Numbered from the stretch's first letter, positions 10,600-24,817 are shown. The stretch is DNA of 64,000 bases from Eledone cirrhosa (GCA_964016885.1 OZ024740.1:81406001-81470000), one strand, 5' to 3'. Numbers and translations are program-made. Notes: generated by a model not told the origin, from the letters alone.

Positions 10600-13500
10600 A
10601 CAAAACAGCGCCGAACTTCAAGCAAAAGCAGGGCGCATTGTGTTGAAAGAAAAAGGCAAATAATGTCAGAGTCCAATCGGTTCTATGACAGTTTGCAGTA
10701 TGTTCTCTTTTTTTCCTTTTGGCGATGACGGATGGCATCCTGAGCTGTTAATGAGCAACAACAAGAAGTTGACGCCAATACGCTACTATGCCTATCGAAT
10801 AAGGAACCATGAGAATGAATTCAACCAACTTCTCAGAGGCGGTCGTTTATTTCAGCAATATTTGGTTGACATGGCTGCGAAGATTGAAGGAGATAGACTG
10901 CAATACATGCGAATGAATCAAACATCATTGCGATCTACAACGCATACAACGCATTGAATGATGATGACGATTTTTGCAATATTGGCAGGCGAATCATACT
11001 CTCTTCCACATTTGTCGGTGGACCGAGATATATGCTGGAGCGATGCCAGGATGCCATGATGTACATACGGAAGTACAGCAATCCTTCGTTCTTCATCACA
11101 ATGACATGCAATCTAAATTGGCCCGAAATCCGGCAAAACCTATTCCTGAATCAGAAGCCACATGACAGGCCAGATTTAATTGCCAGAGTATTTGACCTGA
11201 AGCGGAAACTGTTAAGAAAGTATGTAACTGGAGTAGATGGCCTATTTGGCAAGTGCATTCCTTAAGTATTGACAGTCGAATATCAAAAGCGAGGTCTTCC
11301 TCATGTCCACTGTTTGCTATGGCTCAATGAAGCCTCCAAGCCCAGACCGCAGGAATATGATAAATTTGTTCAAGCCGAAATACCAGATCCAAACAAAGAT
11401 CCAGAGGGTTATGTATTGGTGCTGAAGCACATGATCCACGGTCCGAATTGCTCTAACAATTCGCCGTGTTGGAAAGATGGAACGTGCAGTAAGCGGTTCC
11501 CTAAGCCTTTCAATGAATATACATTGTGTGGAGAGGATTCTTATCCTGTGTACAGAAGACGGTCTCCAGGAATGGGAGGATTTGAGGGCCACCAAGAAAG
11601 AAGGGGAAGCCGAAATATAACTTCGGAATGGGTGGTTCCCTACAATATGAAACTATTAAAACTGTTGAACTGCCACCTAAACGTAGAGATGTGCTCCTCC
11701 GTGAAATCGATCAAATACGTTATCGAATATACCATGAAGGGCAGTGATCAGGCAATGTTTGAAGTGAACAGGAAACATGAGATAATACAGTATTTAACAG
11801 GAAGATATATCGGTCCTTCAGAAGCTGTTGCCTTGGTACTTGGATTTCCAATTCATGAGAGAGAACCGGCCGTAGTTCACCTTCAAGTTCATCCACCCGA
11901 GGAAAATCAAATCTGCTTTCCGGTCAATGCTGCTGTTAAAGTAAACAATAACATGGCTAAGACGACTCTGGCTGGATCTTTGCGATCGCGATCCGTTTGC
12001 AAAAATATTGTATTTCACCACTGGCCAAAGTTTTACACTTGGAGTAATAAGAGATGGGAATGGAGAAAGGTGGGGAAAACAGTTGAGCAGTATCCAGGGA
12101 TTTTTGAGGCAAACGTTTTGGGACGAGTATACATTGTTTCTCCACGAAGAGGGGACCTGTATTATTTAAGACTCCTTCTGCATCACGTCAAAGGGCCAGT
12201 ATCCTTCAACTCTTTGAAAATGTGTGATGGAGAACTCCTGCTATTATCCAAAGTCATCTGCAGAGAGAAAGGTTTGCTTCAATCGGATGATCATTGGCAG
12301 CAGACTCTGGAAGATGCTGAGCGAACAAGGCTTCCCAAAGCCATGAGAGATCTATTCATCGTGCTCCTCACAAATACGGAAATTGACAATTCCAGTACTT
12401 TATGGGTTCGATTTAAGCATTCGCAGTCTGAGGATTACCATCAAATAGAAAAAAGGGCTACCAGAAACTCTAACCTTTTGATTAGCGAGAGACATTATGA
12501 TCAATGTCTTCTGTATTTTGAAGACAAACTTAACGACCTAGGCAAAAGTCTTAATGATTTTAACTTGCCAAGGCCAAATAATATTGTTGCTAATCAGGAT
12601 ATTGGCAATTTGGACTTATTGCATGAATTGCAATACAGCAGAGAAGAGCAGCGACGATTTGTAGAAGAGATGGAACCTCTATTGAATAATGAACAAAAAC
12701 ACGTGTACGACTTGGTTTGTAACAGTTTAGGGACGGACACATCTGCATTGATTTTCATTGACGCTCCAGGTGGGACAGGAAAGACATTCCTGATTATCTT
12801 AATTCTTTCAAAAGTCAGGGGAAACGGCGATGTGGCTATTGCTGTTGCGTCATCTGGCATTGCCGCAACACTGATGTCTGGGGTAAGAATAGCGCATTCT
12901 AAGTTCAAAATACCGATAGTAGTGAAAGAAAATGATCTGTGCAACATTCTTTCAAATTTTTGCAAATAGAACCAGCTTTTCATTAATATTGTAACTTCTT
13001 AAGCAGAAAAACCTTTCAGAGCAAACAGTCAAGCATCCATAGAGATATAGAAAAAAGAATTTTGAAGTTGAGTGATTAGATAGCTATTACTGAAAAATGA
13101 GTTGAACATTTTCTTTGTGAAAATACTTGTGAATAATACAGTGAAAAGACAGTTTTCGCGTAAATCGGACCATGGGTTCCCGAGATGCGCGGTTTCTTTT
13201 CGGGTACCTCTATAAAGAACCAAATCAGCGCATAATGGGAAAATACTTTGAAAGTAAGGTACCATTGAAATGTGAATACAAACGCAGATAGTGTTTGTGA
13301 GAGAGGGAGAGAGCTGGTGGTGTAGTTGATTGAAATTCTGACAGGTGACTTCAAAGAATCGAATACAGAATTACTGTATCTAGCTTGAATTTGGTGACTG
13401 AATTATTAAGTTATATGTATCTTATAACTTGTGTTAGGATAGGATGTATGTGTGTGTGTGTGACCAGTGTATATAGGGCACAGACACCCACACACACAAA

Positions 13501-14092
13501 CACACACAAACACACACACACATATATATATACACGTACATATAAACACACACATACACGTATATATATATATATATATTGGCTTTCAAATGTCATTTTA
13601 CATTATATACAGTTTGTGTTTATTTTAATTATTTAAAAAATATTTTTAAGTGAATATGACCCAACGTGTCACGGGTGGTCTAATATATTTATATAATTCC
13701 CTAAATGGTGTGTTGTTGACGTCGGTGTCGATATATTGGTATTTCTGGAAGACGAAATCATATTTTCATTTCACTCCCGGATTGTATTTCTCCAAAACGT
13801 TCATTATAAATTGTATCAGACACTTAGAAATGATCTGTACTATATAATATTGCAGAAAAGCATAATAAATCTAAGTTAAATTCGGATTATAATCACTAAG
13901 CCAGGGTCTCAATCTCAAGGTATCAAAAGGGAGATTACTTTCTTGAGAGAGTGGCAATGCCGGTTAAAATTGAAATGAGACGGCTGGCATTATTTCCACT
14001 AGTTAAAATGCTGGCTGCTATTTATTGCGTCAAAAGAATGCACATTTGAATTAGGACAACGTTTTCCTTAATTTCATTTTTACTTTTGTTTA

Positions 14093-14277
14093 ATAATTGT
14101 TTCTACGTTAGACACAAGGCCAGCAATTATCCAGTGCATTACTGGTACTTTATTTTATCGACCCCGTAAGGATGAAAGGCAAAGTCAACCTCGGCGGGAT
14201 TTGAACTCAGATCGTAAAGGGACGTAACTATGCTGGAAAGCATGGCGTCCGACCCTCTACCGATACTGTCAATGCAT
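14093..14277 (-). mobile_element. tRNA-derived SINE
   Basis: Reverse complement of the 10414 family. Confidence 0.88.
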
Positions 14278-15199
14278 CCCTACATTCTTTTCCTATGATA
14301 ATATTATGCAAATATATCAAACATTTGATTTGATATTTTACCTCTTTTAATATATACAAATATTACCATTTTTCTTGAAAACAACGGTTCTCTTCGACAA
14401 TTGCTCTTTGGCATTGTTGATTCTTCCTTCTTCCAAAACGTGCTCTATTTTACATTTTGCTCTCAAACATTTTATATGATGATCTATTTGTTTGTGCAGC
14501 CTTTCATCTCAGGTACTCCTGTCTTAAGCCAATATGATTTGTGTAATCTACTCCTTCTTATGTCAGGAAGCAGAAAAATGTTTTTCGTGTTTTGTTCGGT
14601 GAGTTACGTTTCTATAATATCAGTCACCAGTCGACCAAAATGGGCCTTTGAGGCAAGCCCATGCAGATGTTACTAACCTTCTTAACAATGGTTTTCTTAA
14701 TGCATATAAAATGAATACATATTTCTACTTTTCAACTTTTGTTCTTGTAGTGAAAGCGACTGAAATATTCATGTACATTTTACACTTCATTGCATAGAAA
14801 CATGGTCATACCCAGGCTGATTTTAAAAGTGGTTGTCTGTGTGTAGATTGGCAGGCTAAAGGTAATAGCATTTGGAGTGGGGATAAGACAGGGAAGAATT
14901 TACCAAGTTTAGGAAAATATTAGCCACGAATATTGTTCTGCCGAAGGCCACAGTGAGGTAAGTTTCGAGTAGCGTGTGTGAGACACCTGCACTAGATCAT
15001 TTACAGAAAGGCACCTCAATAACTCTCAAAGAAACTGGCAATTGCGGAGCAATCGGAATTATGAACAAATGAAGAAATAAATGACTCCAGAAAAATTAAA
15101 TAAGGAACGCCCAGTTACTGTTGGTTCACCAAATTGAGCACTCGATGCGTAGTTTCCAGTATGTATATTGGTGTTGTACTAAGCAGAGTTTGATAATAA

Positions 15200-15340
15200 A
15201 TGTTTCTACATTTGGGACAAGGCCAGCAATTACTTAGTGCATTACTGGTACTTTATTTTGTCGACCTCGTAAGGATGAAAGCGCCGTAATTCTATGCTGC
15301 AAAGCATGACGTCCGACCTTCTACCGATACTGCCAATCCA
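15200..15340 (-). mobile_element. SINE, internally deleted
   Basis: Same family; B-box segment missing. Confidence 0.8.
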
Positions 15341-15349
15341 CAGAATTTG

Positions 15350-15600
15350 ATAATAAAGGAACAACGACAAGGTGTTAGATCTTCAATATATTTATTGAGG
15401 TTTTGACGCGCGTTTCGCAATGCATCGGCCCAAATATCGATCTGTATCGATCGGGCCAGATACTGGAATCAAACATTCCTCGGACGTTTGATTCTAGAGT
15501 GGGGCCCGATCGGTACAGACTTAAGCTGATGAATCTTGTAAAGCGCGTCACACCTCAATAAATATAATGAGCATCTAACACCTCGTCCTTTTTATTATAA
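15350..15600. repeat. Diverged 250 bp palindrome with HHR half-motifs
   Basis: Arms symmetric about 15480; minus strand GAAAC-gcgc-GTC; plus strand ctgatga...taaagcgcgtc. Confidence 0.7.
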
Positions 15601-15613
15601 ACACTCACCCGCC

Positions 15614-15735
<122 letters not shown>

Positions 15736-17718
15736 TATGTATATTTTACTCTACTCGGCCGCCCAGGCTATATCTGGATTTTTATTTTATATATATACGA
15801 TTCCACTATTGTATATAATGTGCTTTCGCGCAGCATTTAGTTGCAAGTGCAGACTCACACACACACATACGCATACACTCATAAATGTATGTACATATAT
15901 ATACATAATATTAGTGTATTCTATACTAGATAACATTACAGTCTATTTATTTCATTTGGTGTCTGATGTTTTATAATTAGGTAATTATAAAATTGTGATT
16001 GTGTAAATGTATTTTTCTCTATTTATCTGATTCTAATTAATATAAATATAGAATCAGTTTGGAATTCTAAAGAAATGAATACACCATGCAATCCTTTATT
16101 AATATTCACTAACTTATTTACGGAACTCCACTATCGGGTACGGCATGTACACTTATTTTCTATTAACAATATATTCCGTTAAATTCTAATTTAGTGCAAT
16201 ATGTCTGATATACGATGTGGTATATGCTGCAATTTACAACAAAATTTACCGTTTTGTACAAACATTTGTTTTAATTCTCAGTAGAATTTAAATTTAATGA
16301 TATACCGCTGGCTGTAAATAAACACAATATTTATGTTTTATTATATACCGTTATATACATTTTCCAGAATAATACAGGTTGAAGTATGAAATAATACAAT
16401 TATGATGCTGCTGTCTTTTCTTCAGAATAAAACATCATGTGCTACAGATTTCGCTTCATCGCAATATCCACATTTTCCACGACATTGCAGAATTCTGATT
16501 ACAACAATAAATAGTGTATATCACAGCGTTACGATTTAGTAATATTGAAAAGTTACAGAAAAGTATTTAGAACAGTTTCCGAATATGATATAGTTGGTAG
16601 GATGTATCACGGTAATATTATGCTTTAGGTATATTTAGAGAGATATTTTAAATGCACATTTAATCTAATTGTTCTGCAAGAATAATCTTTGCAACATATA
16701 CGTTTAGAGGAAATGTCAGTTCTGATCATATTTATGATTCTTTTGTAACCTTAAGTTTCCACAATTCCTAGTTCTACTTTTAATCACATATGATTGGGCA
16801 TGACTAATTAGAAACTTGTGAGATAAAACTTAACTATCGTATGGCTGATATATTTCAAACATATCAAATGACATAGAAAATAAAATGTTAGCGTTCGAGA
16901 GATTGTACATATGGCCTCGGGAATGTTGTATACATGAGTCTGTAGAAGTAACGTTAAAAGCCCTCATCAAATCGTAAAGCAAAGGTTATTGTCTCATATA
17001 GGTCCTAAATTAGGCAACAACATAGCTTCTCTTGAATTCTTATATCAACGATAATATTCATTGAATTTCTAGATGTTGAATTAGGGTGGAGCGAACGGAC
17101 TTTGCAATTGGCTATAAGTAATTGTTTCAAGTGCATGATCAATTAAAAGAAAACTATTAACAGTATTATTTGTAATACTGTAAAGGTGAAAGATCAAGAC
17201 TATTCCATCCTGGTTAGAATCTAAATTGAGATTAAACAATTGAAACTTTAATTCTAGTATGAGGGGCAATAATTTAAGTACCTCACTTAATGCAATGATC
17301 TAGGACAATTGCCATATCTCAGATACATGATATATTTTTATGAAGTCAGAGTTATTCAAATTACAGAAATAAACGTTATATGGCAATTATATATAAACTA
17401 ATTCTATTTTAATTCTTTACAAAACGTCTACAGTGTTGCATATTTAATCTGAAATCAAATTACACAATCTTCTATATTGCAGAAGGTGTAGGAAAAATAA
17501 CACACTTCTTAACCATATTTGCTAAATAATTGATCAAAATGCCACCTAAAACATGATTGAAAGATGAGAGGTAAAACTGAAGATACTACTTGTACTATTT
17601 AAGCTTACGTGCCTACAACCAATCTTGTGTATTTAGTGTTTCTGTTTTGAAAAATCTGATAACTTTCAAACATTCAAAACAACGATAATTATACTTTCCG
17701 CTTCAATTTTTATCTTTA

Positions 17719-17788
<70 letters not shown>

Positions 17789-18049
17789 TATTTCTGTGAC
17801 TGATATTACCACATATTGCCTCTTCGTTCAATTACATATCAGTTCAAATATCAAAACAGTAATTTCGAAAGTTTTCACTTATTGCACTCTAATATATCGA
17901 TACATATACAGAAATGCTGTTTCATTTTAGCAGTGTTGTATCATTATTGAAAGGTCAGCTGCTATAAAAATCAGATATCTCAACCGGGTAGACATAATTC
18001 AGAATACAAAATGCTTGTCTCAACAACAGAACATTTTCATGTACCATAT

Positions 18050-18400
18050 AATTTCAAGCAATGAAATACATGAAAGTTTAACCCATATCATTATCTTAAG
18101 AATATAAAATACATGATTGATTATTAAAGAGAAGTGTAGGTGTATCTTAACAAAATCAAAAGCCACCACGATAATGCACCCAAAATGAAGCGCGCTTAAT
18201 GACATTGAAATAAAGTTACATAAAGCAAAATAATGTGCACAGAGCAAGATCATTTCAAATAATTTAAAGCAATGAAATACATGAAAGTTTAACCCATATC
18301 ATTATCTTAAGAATATAAAATACATGATTGATTATGAAAGAGAAGTGTATATGTATCTTAACAAAAACAAAAGCCACCACGATAGTGATAATTTCAAATA
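18050..18400. repeat. Local tandem duplication, period about 210 bp
   Basis: aagcaatgaaatacatgaaagtttaacccatatc...aaagccaccacgata occurs twice. Confidence 0.85.
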
Positions 18401-20031
18401 ATTTAACAAAAATCCCTAGAAGTGTCACTCATGTGTTTAGTATTTCACAAAAATTCACACAACATATAGAATTTCTAATCTTACTGATCTAAAAGTGTCA
18501 TTATTATGTTACATTTCATGCATATTTCTGTCCGAGGATTGCACTTAATTGTACATGTCACACCATTTTCTAACACTTGAACTGTATTTCTTCTGCAATT
18601 TCATGAACTGATAACAATTTTTCTAGCCATCCATCTACGAAGGTATTTTAGCCTACATATTGTTGTTAATATTAATGATTAATGATGTTCCCTGCTGTAT
18701 GAGCGATAAATTCTCCCTGCTGTATTAGCGATAAATTTTCGAGGATTTTTCTTAGTAGTTTTCATGACGTTATTATTGTTAATTTTACTGATGTAGTATT
18801 AACTTGGATATTTATGGGAGTTTATGTATTGCTTGATGGCCAGACTGGTGTCTTTATATGAGAGATTTGATCTCCAGACCACCCTGGAGATATTCAAATT
18901 TGCCAAGGATTCAGACATACAATGACCCAGAGCTTACCGGGAGTCATATATAATAATAGGACCATGCCAGGTCCTGCGGGTGGAATTACACTTACAAAGA
19001 ACATTGATTTGCGGGTCTTACTCTTCTTATAGAATGTTCAGATATGACACCCCTTAATAGAAGGTAATCATCCTGATATATACACCTTTAGTACTTCTTA
19101 ATAGACAACACTGTAACCTATAGATAAGTAACATAATCTAGAAATTAGTTATAACATCATATGATAGGCACTTATTTGAAACAACATTAATGTAATTTAG
19201 GATAATAAATTTAACTAAGAAAAAAACCAGCTAGTTACCTCCCCTTACGCATTAACTCCCCTTGGTCACACACACACTTCCGGAATATAATATCATCACA
19301 CAAGACTAAACAACATGATCTATTAATTAAGAATCGACAAGATATGGTTTATAACTTGGTTATATGCTGAACCATTGTGGATTATATGATAGACCCGTGG
19401 TCTATATATTGCGTCTCATGGATTATGTGAGTGGTGGTGTGCGCGAAGACAGTGGTACGGTTTTGCCTGCGCTATAATATGTTTTATAATATGTTTGATA
19501 TTTTTGATATTTTGGTGTTTCTCTACATTCGGGATTGTATATCATACAGGTGTATGCGGAACATGATTTAATAATTCACCCCACATAATAATATCGATTG
19601 CCTGCTTCAACTGCCTGACCCTGCAAGTAACAATCTGACGCACTCTAATCCTGTATAAATAAGACATGCGTGCATGCTACACGTGAGATTGTTTCATACA
19701 CTGACGATTCTAAACTTTCCCCTTGCTTTATCTTCATAAACTGCCAATGCTTCATTTTTATTTTTATTTTTATTTTTATTTTTATTTTTATTCTTATTTT
19801 TATTTTTATTTTTATTTTTATTTTTATTTTTATTTTTATTTTTATTTTTATTTTTATTTTTATTTTTATTTTTATTTTTAATTTTATTTTTATCCTTTAA
19901 CCTTTATATGTAAATTGCCATGCTATATCATTTTGATGGATGTCATCCCACTGTGGGTCAATATGTGCATATGTTTTTATATTTTTCTTGTGTTGAAAAG
20001 GAGGTCAAGTATGTTATAGATCACGAAATAG

Positions 20032-20080
20032 TTGCTCCGAAGAACCCAAACCTCGGTTTGGAGGAAACAATTGTAAACAA
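20032..20080 (+). ncRNA. Hammerhead ribozyme, CCGANGA (C4) variant
   Basis: ttgct-CCGAAGA-ac-ccaaacc tc ggtttgg-ag-GAAAC-aatt-GTA-aacaa. Confidence 0.6.
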
Positions 20081-20283
20081 ATAAATGATTTAAACTGAAC
20101 TTTGATTATTGTAATGTCTATATAACTGCTCTGTAAAACAACCGATGTTATTACATTGAGCTATTTATCTTACTGGTAATAAGATAGTAATTAATGACTA
20201 TCTTTCCCTATTTAGAGTTTGTATAAAAGATATATAACCATAAAAGGTTTTATTACATACATAACCATAAATAGTATCCTTAA

Positions 20284-20335
<52 letters not shown>

Positions 20336-20460
20336 AGAAGCAAGGAATTGCTTATAGTGATCCAGTTCTTGGTTAAGAAAGCCAGTTTCATGGATGGTTT
20401 CAACGTACGTTTTGGGGTAATCCACAAGTTTGTAAGAATTCCGTTCAATCTTGGAGTATA

Positions 20461-21502
20461 AAGTATAAAAGAGAAAACACAGGTAAGCATTACGAGAAGG
20501 ATTTTATCCAGGTATTTACGACCGTTTCATTGGTAAGTGCAACCTTATATTGCTATACTGCAAATAGCAGCAACTCAAATATAATTGTTGTTCACAGTCC
20601 AAATTTTCAAGATAGTGAGTAAGTTACTCTTGCAATAATTCTTAATATATAGAGAAAAACATTTATTTGGAATTGTATTTACTAGTATAGAGAGACAGGA
20701 ATCAGAAGGTGAGGGTACAAACAGAATAGTATAGAGAGAGAGGAAGGGGGAAGAAGTAGGAAGTAGAGTGACAAACTGAGATGGAGGGAGGGGTAAAGGT
20801 GGAAGGATTCCTTGGTCAGTTTTGATAGCAGACTTCATGTCGTGGAATGTAGTGAGTTAAAGAGAATTAAATTGATCATAGTGGGAGGGATTGATAGAGA
20901 GGGAGAGAGAGAGGGGGAGATACAAAGAGATCAATATAATATAAATATAAAAAATAAAGATAAAGACAAAAATAAAAGCAAATATGGGGGTGAGAAAGAA
21001 GAAGAGAAAAGATAGCCAATAAGGGGAGGGAAGGAAGGAAGAAAACGAAGAAATAGAAGAACTATGAGGGAGAAGAGGGGGATATATATATTGATTTTGT
21101 GGGTAATTAAAAGGGTTTAGATACAGCAAGAGCGTATAAAGTCTAAGTATATGCGGTTTGTCAGTTAGTATTAAGAGGTTAAGGGTTCGATTTGTAGTGC
21201 GAACACTTCTCTTTACAATAAATTGATATTTCGAAAGATCAATTTATTGTAACCATAGACTCTGATTCCTCTCTCTCTATACTAGTAAATACAATTCCAA
21301 ATAAATGTTTTTCTCTATATTTTAAGAATTATTGCAAGAGTAACTTACTCACTATTTTGAAAATTTGGACTTGTGAACAACAATTATATTTGAGTGGCTG
21401 CTATTTGCAGTATAGCAATATAAGGTTTCACTTACCAATGAAACGGTCGTAAATACCTTGCTAAAATCCTTCTCTTAATGATTACCTGTGTTTTCTCTTT
21501 TA

Positions 21503-21507
<5 letters not shown>
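20461..21507. repeat. Fold-back element (about 250 bp inverted arms) with HHR motifs
   Basis: 20461-20707 is inverted at 21258-21507; extra hairpin at 21214-21252. Confidence 0.85.
21353..21455 (+). ncRNA. Hammerhead ribozyme, U3-A8 core, long stem II (inverted copy at 20513-20614)
   Basis: tatt-TTGAAAA-t-ttgg...ccaa-t-GAAAC-ggtc-GTA-aata. Confidence 0.55.
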
Positions 21508-21549
<42 letters not shown>

Positions 21550-21676
21550 TGTATATATAGTGTATTTTGCAATACACTGTATGCTTAATTAAAAGCATTT
21601 CGAAGACCTTACGCTATTGTTTTAGAATAGTGACAGTCTCACTTACTTTATATTTTCAGCAAACAGGGGGAGATAA

Positions 21677-21721
21677 AGCTGACAGAGCTATGTTTCGTAC
21701 TTTTTGGTACTTATCAAAGCT
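21677..21721 (-). ncRNA. Hammerhead ribozyme, U3-A8 core
   Basis: Minus strand agct-TTGATAA-gtac caaaaa gtac-GAAAC-atagctct-GTC-agct. Confidence 0.82.
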
Positions 21722-22000
21722 AAGTACTGCACCTGTTTGCTGAACATCATGAATGTTTGACTCTTATAGAATTCTCTAAAACAATAGCGTAAGGTCTTCC
21801 AAATGCTTTTTATTAAGCATACAGTGTATTGCAAAATACACTATATATACATTCATATATATATAGCTATTTCAGAGCACCAATTCTAATTTTCAATTTC
21901 TGCTTGACCGGCAACCGCTCTGTATAATCAGTTCCTGATTATTACTAGAATTCTATAAGAATCAAACATTGATGATTTTCAGCAGACAGGTGGAGTACTT

Positions 22001-22045
22001 AGCTTTGATAAGTACCAAAAAGTACGAACCAGAGCTCTGTCAGCT
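22001..22045 (+). ncRNA. Hammerhead ribozyme, U3-A8 core (GAAA changed to GAAC in this copy)
   Basis: agct-TTGATAA-gtac caaaaa gtac-GAACC-agagctct-GTC-agct. Confidence 0.7.
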
Positions 22046-22211
22046 TTATCTCCCCTGTTTGCTGAATATTTAAAGTAAGTGAGACTGTCACTACACTAAA
22101 ACAATAGCGTAAGGTCTTCGAAATGCTTTTAATTAAGCATACAGTGTATTGCAAAATACACTATATATACATTCATATATATATCGCTATTTCAGAGCAC
22201 CAATTCTAATT

Positions 22212-22243
<32 letters not shown>

Positions 22244-22861
22244 TTTATTGATTAAAGGTTACTTAGTATCTAATTCTCAAACAACTCAATGAAAGAAATC
22301 TCTCAAAGTAGCAATATTATATATATTAAAATTAAATGAGAAAACATTCTGGGAATATAAAAAAGATAGATGAAAACATTTTTTTATTTACTTCGTTTAT
22401 ACATAGATCTCCTTATTATAGTTTCGTATGGGGAAGAATGATTATTGGCACCACCAATAATTGATAAATCCGTTATATTATTTAAGGGAGTATAATTCTT
22501 CGAGTATAAGATAAATGGAACAAGATATAGTACATACTGTTTCCATAGTCAAGAGAGCAATGTGAAATAGTAACACGCGTAGTGTTACGTTCCCAAATCT
22601 CTTAAGATATGAGTACTTGACAGGCTTATCATGAGGCTGGAAATAACAGCCTAAACACTGTCTGGTACAGCTCGGCACATTACGGAGCAGTTAAATATTA
22701 TTTAAAGGTCAAATGGTTTCTAATACCCAAACGTGACGATGAAAGAAATGGCGGATTCTTCAATTATTGGAGATCTACATGTAAACAAAGTTAGATAAAA
22801 ATGTTTTTCGTCTATCTTGTTTGTACTTCCAAAATTAGAGGTATATAATTATATATATATA

Positions 22862-24817
22862 TTTCGTTTCTGAATTTGTTTAGCAAGATTCTTTATCTGA
22901 AATCGTGTGTTGAAACCGATATTGTTATACTTTGGGAGAGTCATGTTGCCAATAAGAAACACACGCACCATTGCTTTCACTTCAATTTATTATATATTTA
23001 TAAATGTATAAATTTATAAATTTCTGGTTGGTTGGTTGGTTCCACAACCAGGTAGTTGTTTATATATAGTCATAGTTCTTTCGTCACACACTATGTGACC
23101 TCTTCAGTGAGTAGGGATTCCTTTCTTTGTTTCTGTGCCTCTCCTTTGTTCTGTCCTACGCCATTTTGTTTCTGTGTGTGTGTTGTGTGCTCAGTCTGCG
23201 CATGCGCCACATCCGGGTGTCTGTGTGTGTTTATGTTCATTTATTTATTTGTTTATTTACATGTTACTGGTTGGTTGTTTGTTCTATGTGTGTGTGTGTT
23301 TTCATTTTGTCCTTAATTGTAAGTTGTGAAGTTGCAGTTCCACTCATATTTTCTATTTAGTTTTGGTTGTAATTCTTTTATGTTTATTGCCTCTGTAATT
23401 TGTCTAAACATTGCGTCTTTTATTTCTATGTTCTCTAATTTACCCTTGTGTTCTATCTTAGCATGTTGGTAGAGTACAGATGATTCTTTATTATCTTGAA
23501 GGTCTCACCAGTGTTCATTTATCCGTTCCCCTATACTACGAGCTGTCTCACCTATGTACACTATATTTTTGTCTCTACATTGTCCTTCAGTACATCTTAT
23601 GCTATACACTACATTTCTAGTTTTACAGTTAATATGGGGACTTATTTTACAGGTTATACATTTCTTATCTATACATGAGGGTCTTTGAAAAGGGTATGTC
23701 TTGCTAATAAGTGTTTTTACGGAGCTACCTGGTCTTTCTACTATCTTAATATTGAGTTTATGTTTATTTAGGGCCCTTCTAAATTTGTAAGCTAATTCAC
23801 CTCTAGGGGTTGTATCGATGAACATCACACTCTGGTATTTATTGCTATCATACCATGAGTTTATTCTGTTGGCCTTGTTCCTAGTTCTTTCTATTCTATT
23901 CCAAAATGTGTTCCTATACAAGGGGCAGGTCCCATTTATGTCATTATTTACCATTTTTTTCCATTTGGTTCTGGCTCCTCTATACACTCTGATTTTATCT
24001 CTCTGATTGTAGCCAGAGAACTGCATACGGTGGATGAAGTGTTGTATGTGTCTCTCTAGTTCTTCGGGGTTGCACATGCGGGACACATTTCTCATCACCC
24101 GTACCAAATCCGCAATCAGTATGTTGATTTTGGTATGGTCCGAAATGGCCGAGTTTCGGTGGATCAGATGTTTGGAAGTCATGGGTTTGGCATAATGGGA
24201 ATGGAGGAGTTGTTTTTGTTGTTAATGGTATCTAACCAGAGCTTTGTGTCTAGTACAGGTAATCGATGGTTGGGGTGTATACTTGGGTAGTCTATAGTAA
24301 CTCTAATGCTCTGGTGGATGGAGTTTGCTATTTGCTGGATGCTTTCCATTGTGTTTTTCTCTAGTTCCTGACTGTTCTCTAGTGGGGGTGTCTTAACTAC
24401 GATGTTTATATCATCTACGTAGCGGGAGTACATTATCAGGGTTAAGGGGTCTTGTAATTGTTCTTTAAGTTTAAGTTTAAGTCTACTGTCCCACCATACC
24501 ATGAATAAGTTAGCTATGTCGCCTGTAATGCTAACACCAATGGCTGCTCCTTCCTCTTGGGCATATGTTTTTCCATTAAATTTGAACATATGTTCCTTAA
24601 GGGTTAGTTTTATGCTGGCCCCTACCGCATGTGCAATCATTTTCTTCAGTTCATCGTGGTTTTCGGGTGTCCGTATGGCTCTGGTCCACCCGTTCCATCT
24701 ATCTGTGTGGGTTTTCTTGGCCATTGAGGTAATGGTAGGTGGTCTGCCTCTTGCTGGTCTTGTAGGGCACAGGTTGCTAAGGTCATATGTGTCTAGGTAA
24801 CTATTACTATAGGTAAG
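22862..24817 (-). mobile_element. Penelope-like element, left arm of the palindrome (frameshifted)
   Basis: ORFs 24179-24724 (GAAIG, YSRYVDD) and 23505-24182 (VVYSIRC, YIGETARS). Confidence 0.95.
23068..23112 (-). ncRNA. pLTR hammerhead ribozyme, left arm
   Basis: Minus strand actca-CTGAAGA-g-gtcaca tagtg tgtgac-GAAA-gaac-TA-tgact. Confidence 0.8.

Larger units (their letters stand above)
9771..12969 (+). pseudogene. Helitron Rep/Helicase, disrupted and 3'-truncated
   Basis: Rep motifs FFITMTCN, VEYQKRGLPHVHCL (HUH) and KYVIEYTMKG; GRLFQQYLVD; Pif1-like Walker A DAPGGTGKT and AVASSGIAATL; stops and frameshifts; ends early in the helicase. Confidence 0.93.
21540..22212. mobile_element. Retrozyme-like element, 320 bp unit: one inverted partial copy plus about 1.4 tandem copies
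   Basis: aaaacaatagcgtaaggtctt at 21778 and 22098; inverted at 21545-21770; homologous to the 29878 array. Confidence 0.8.
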
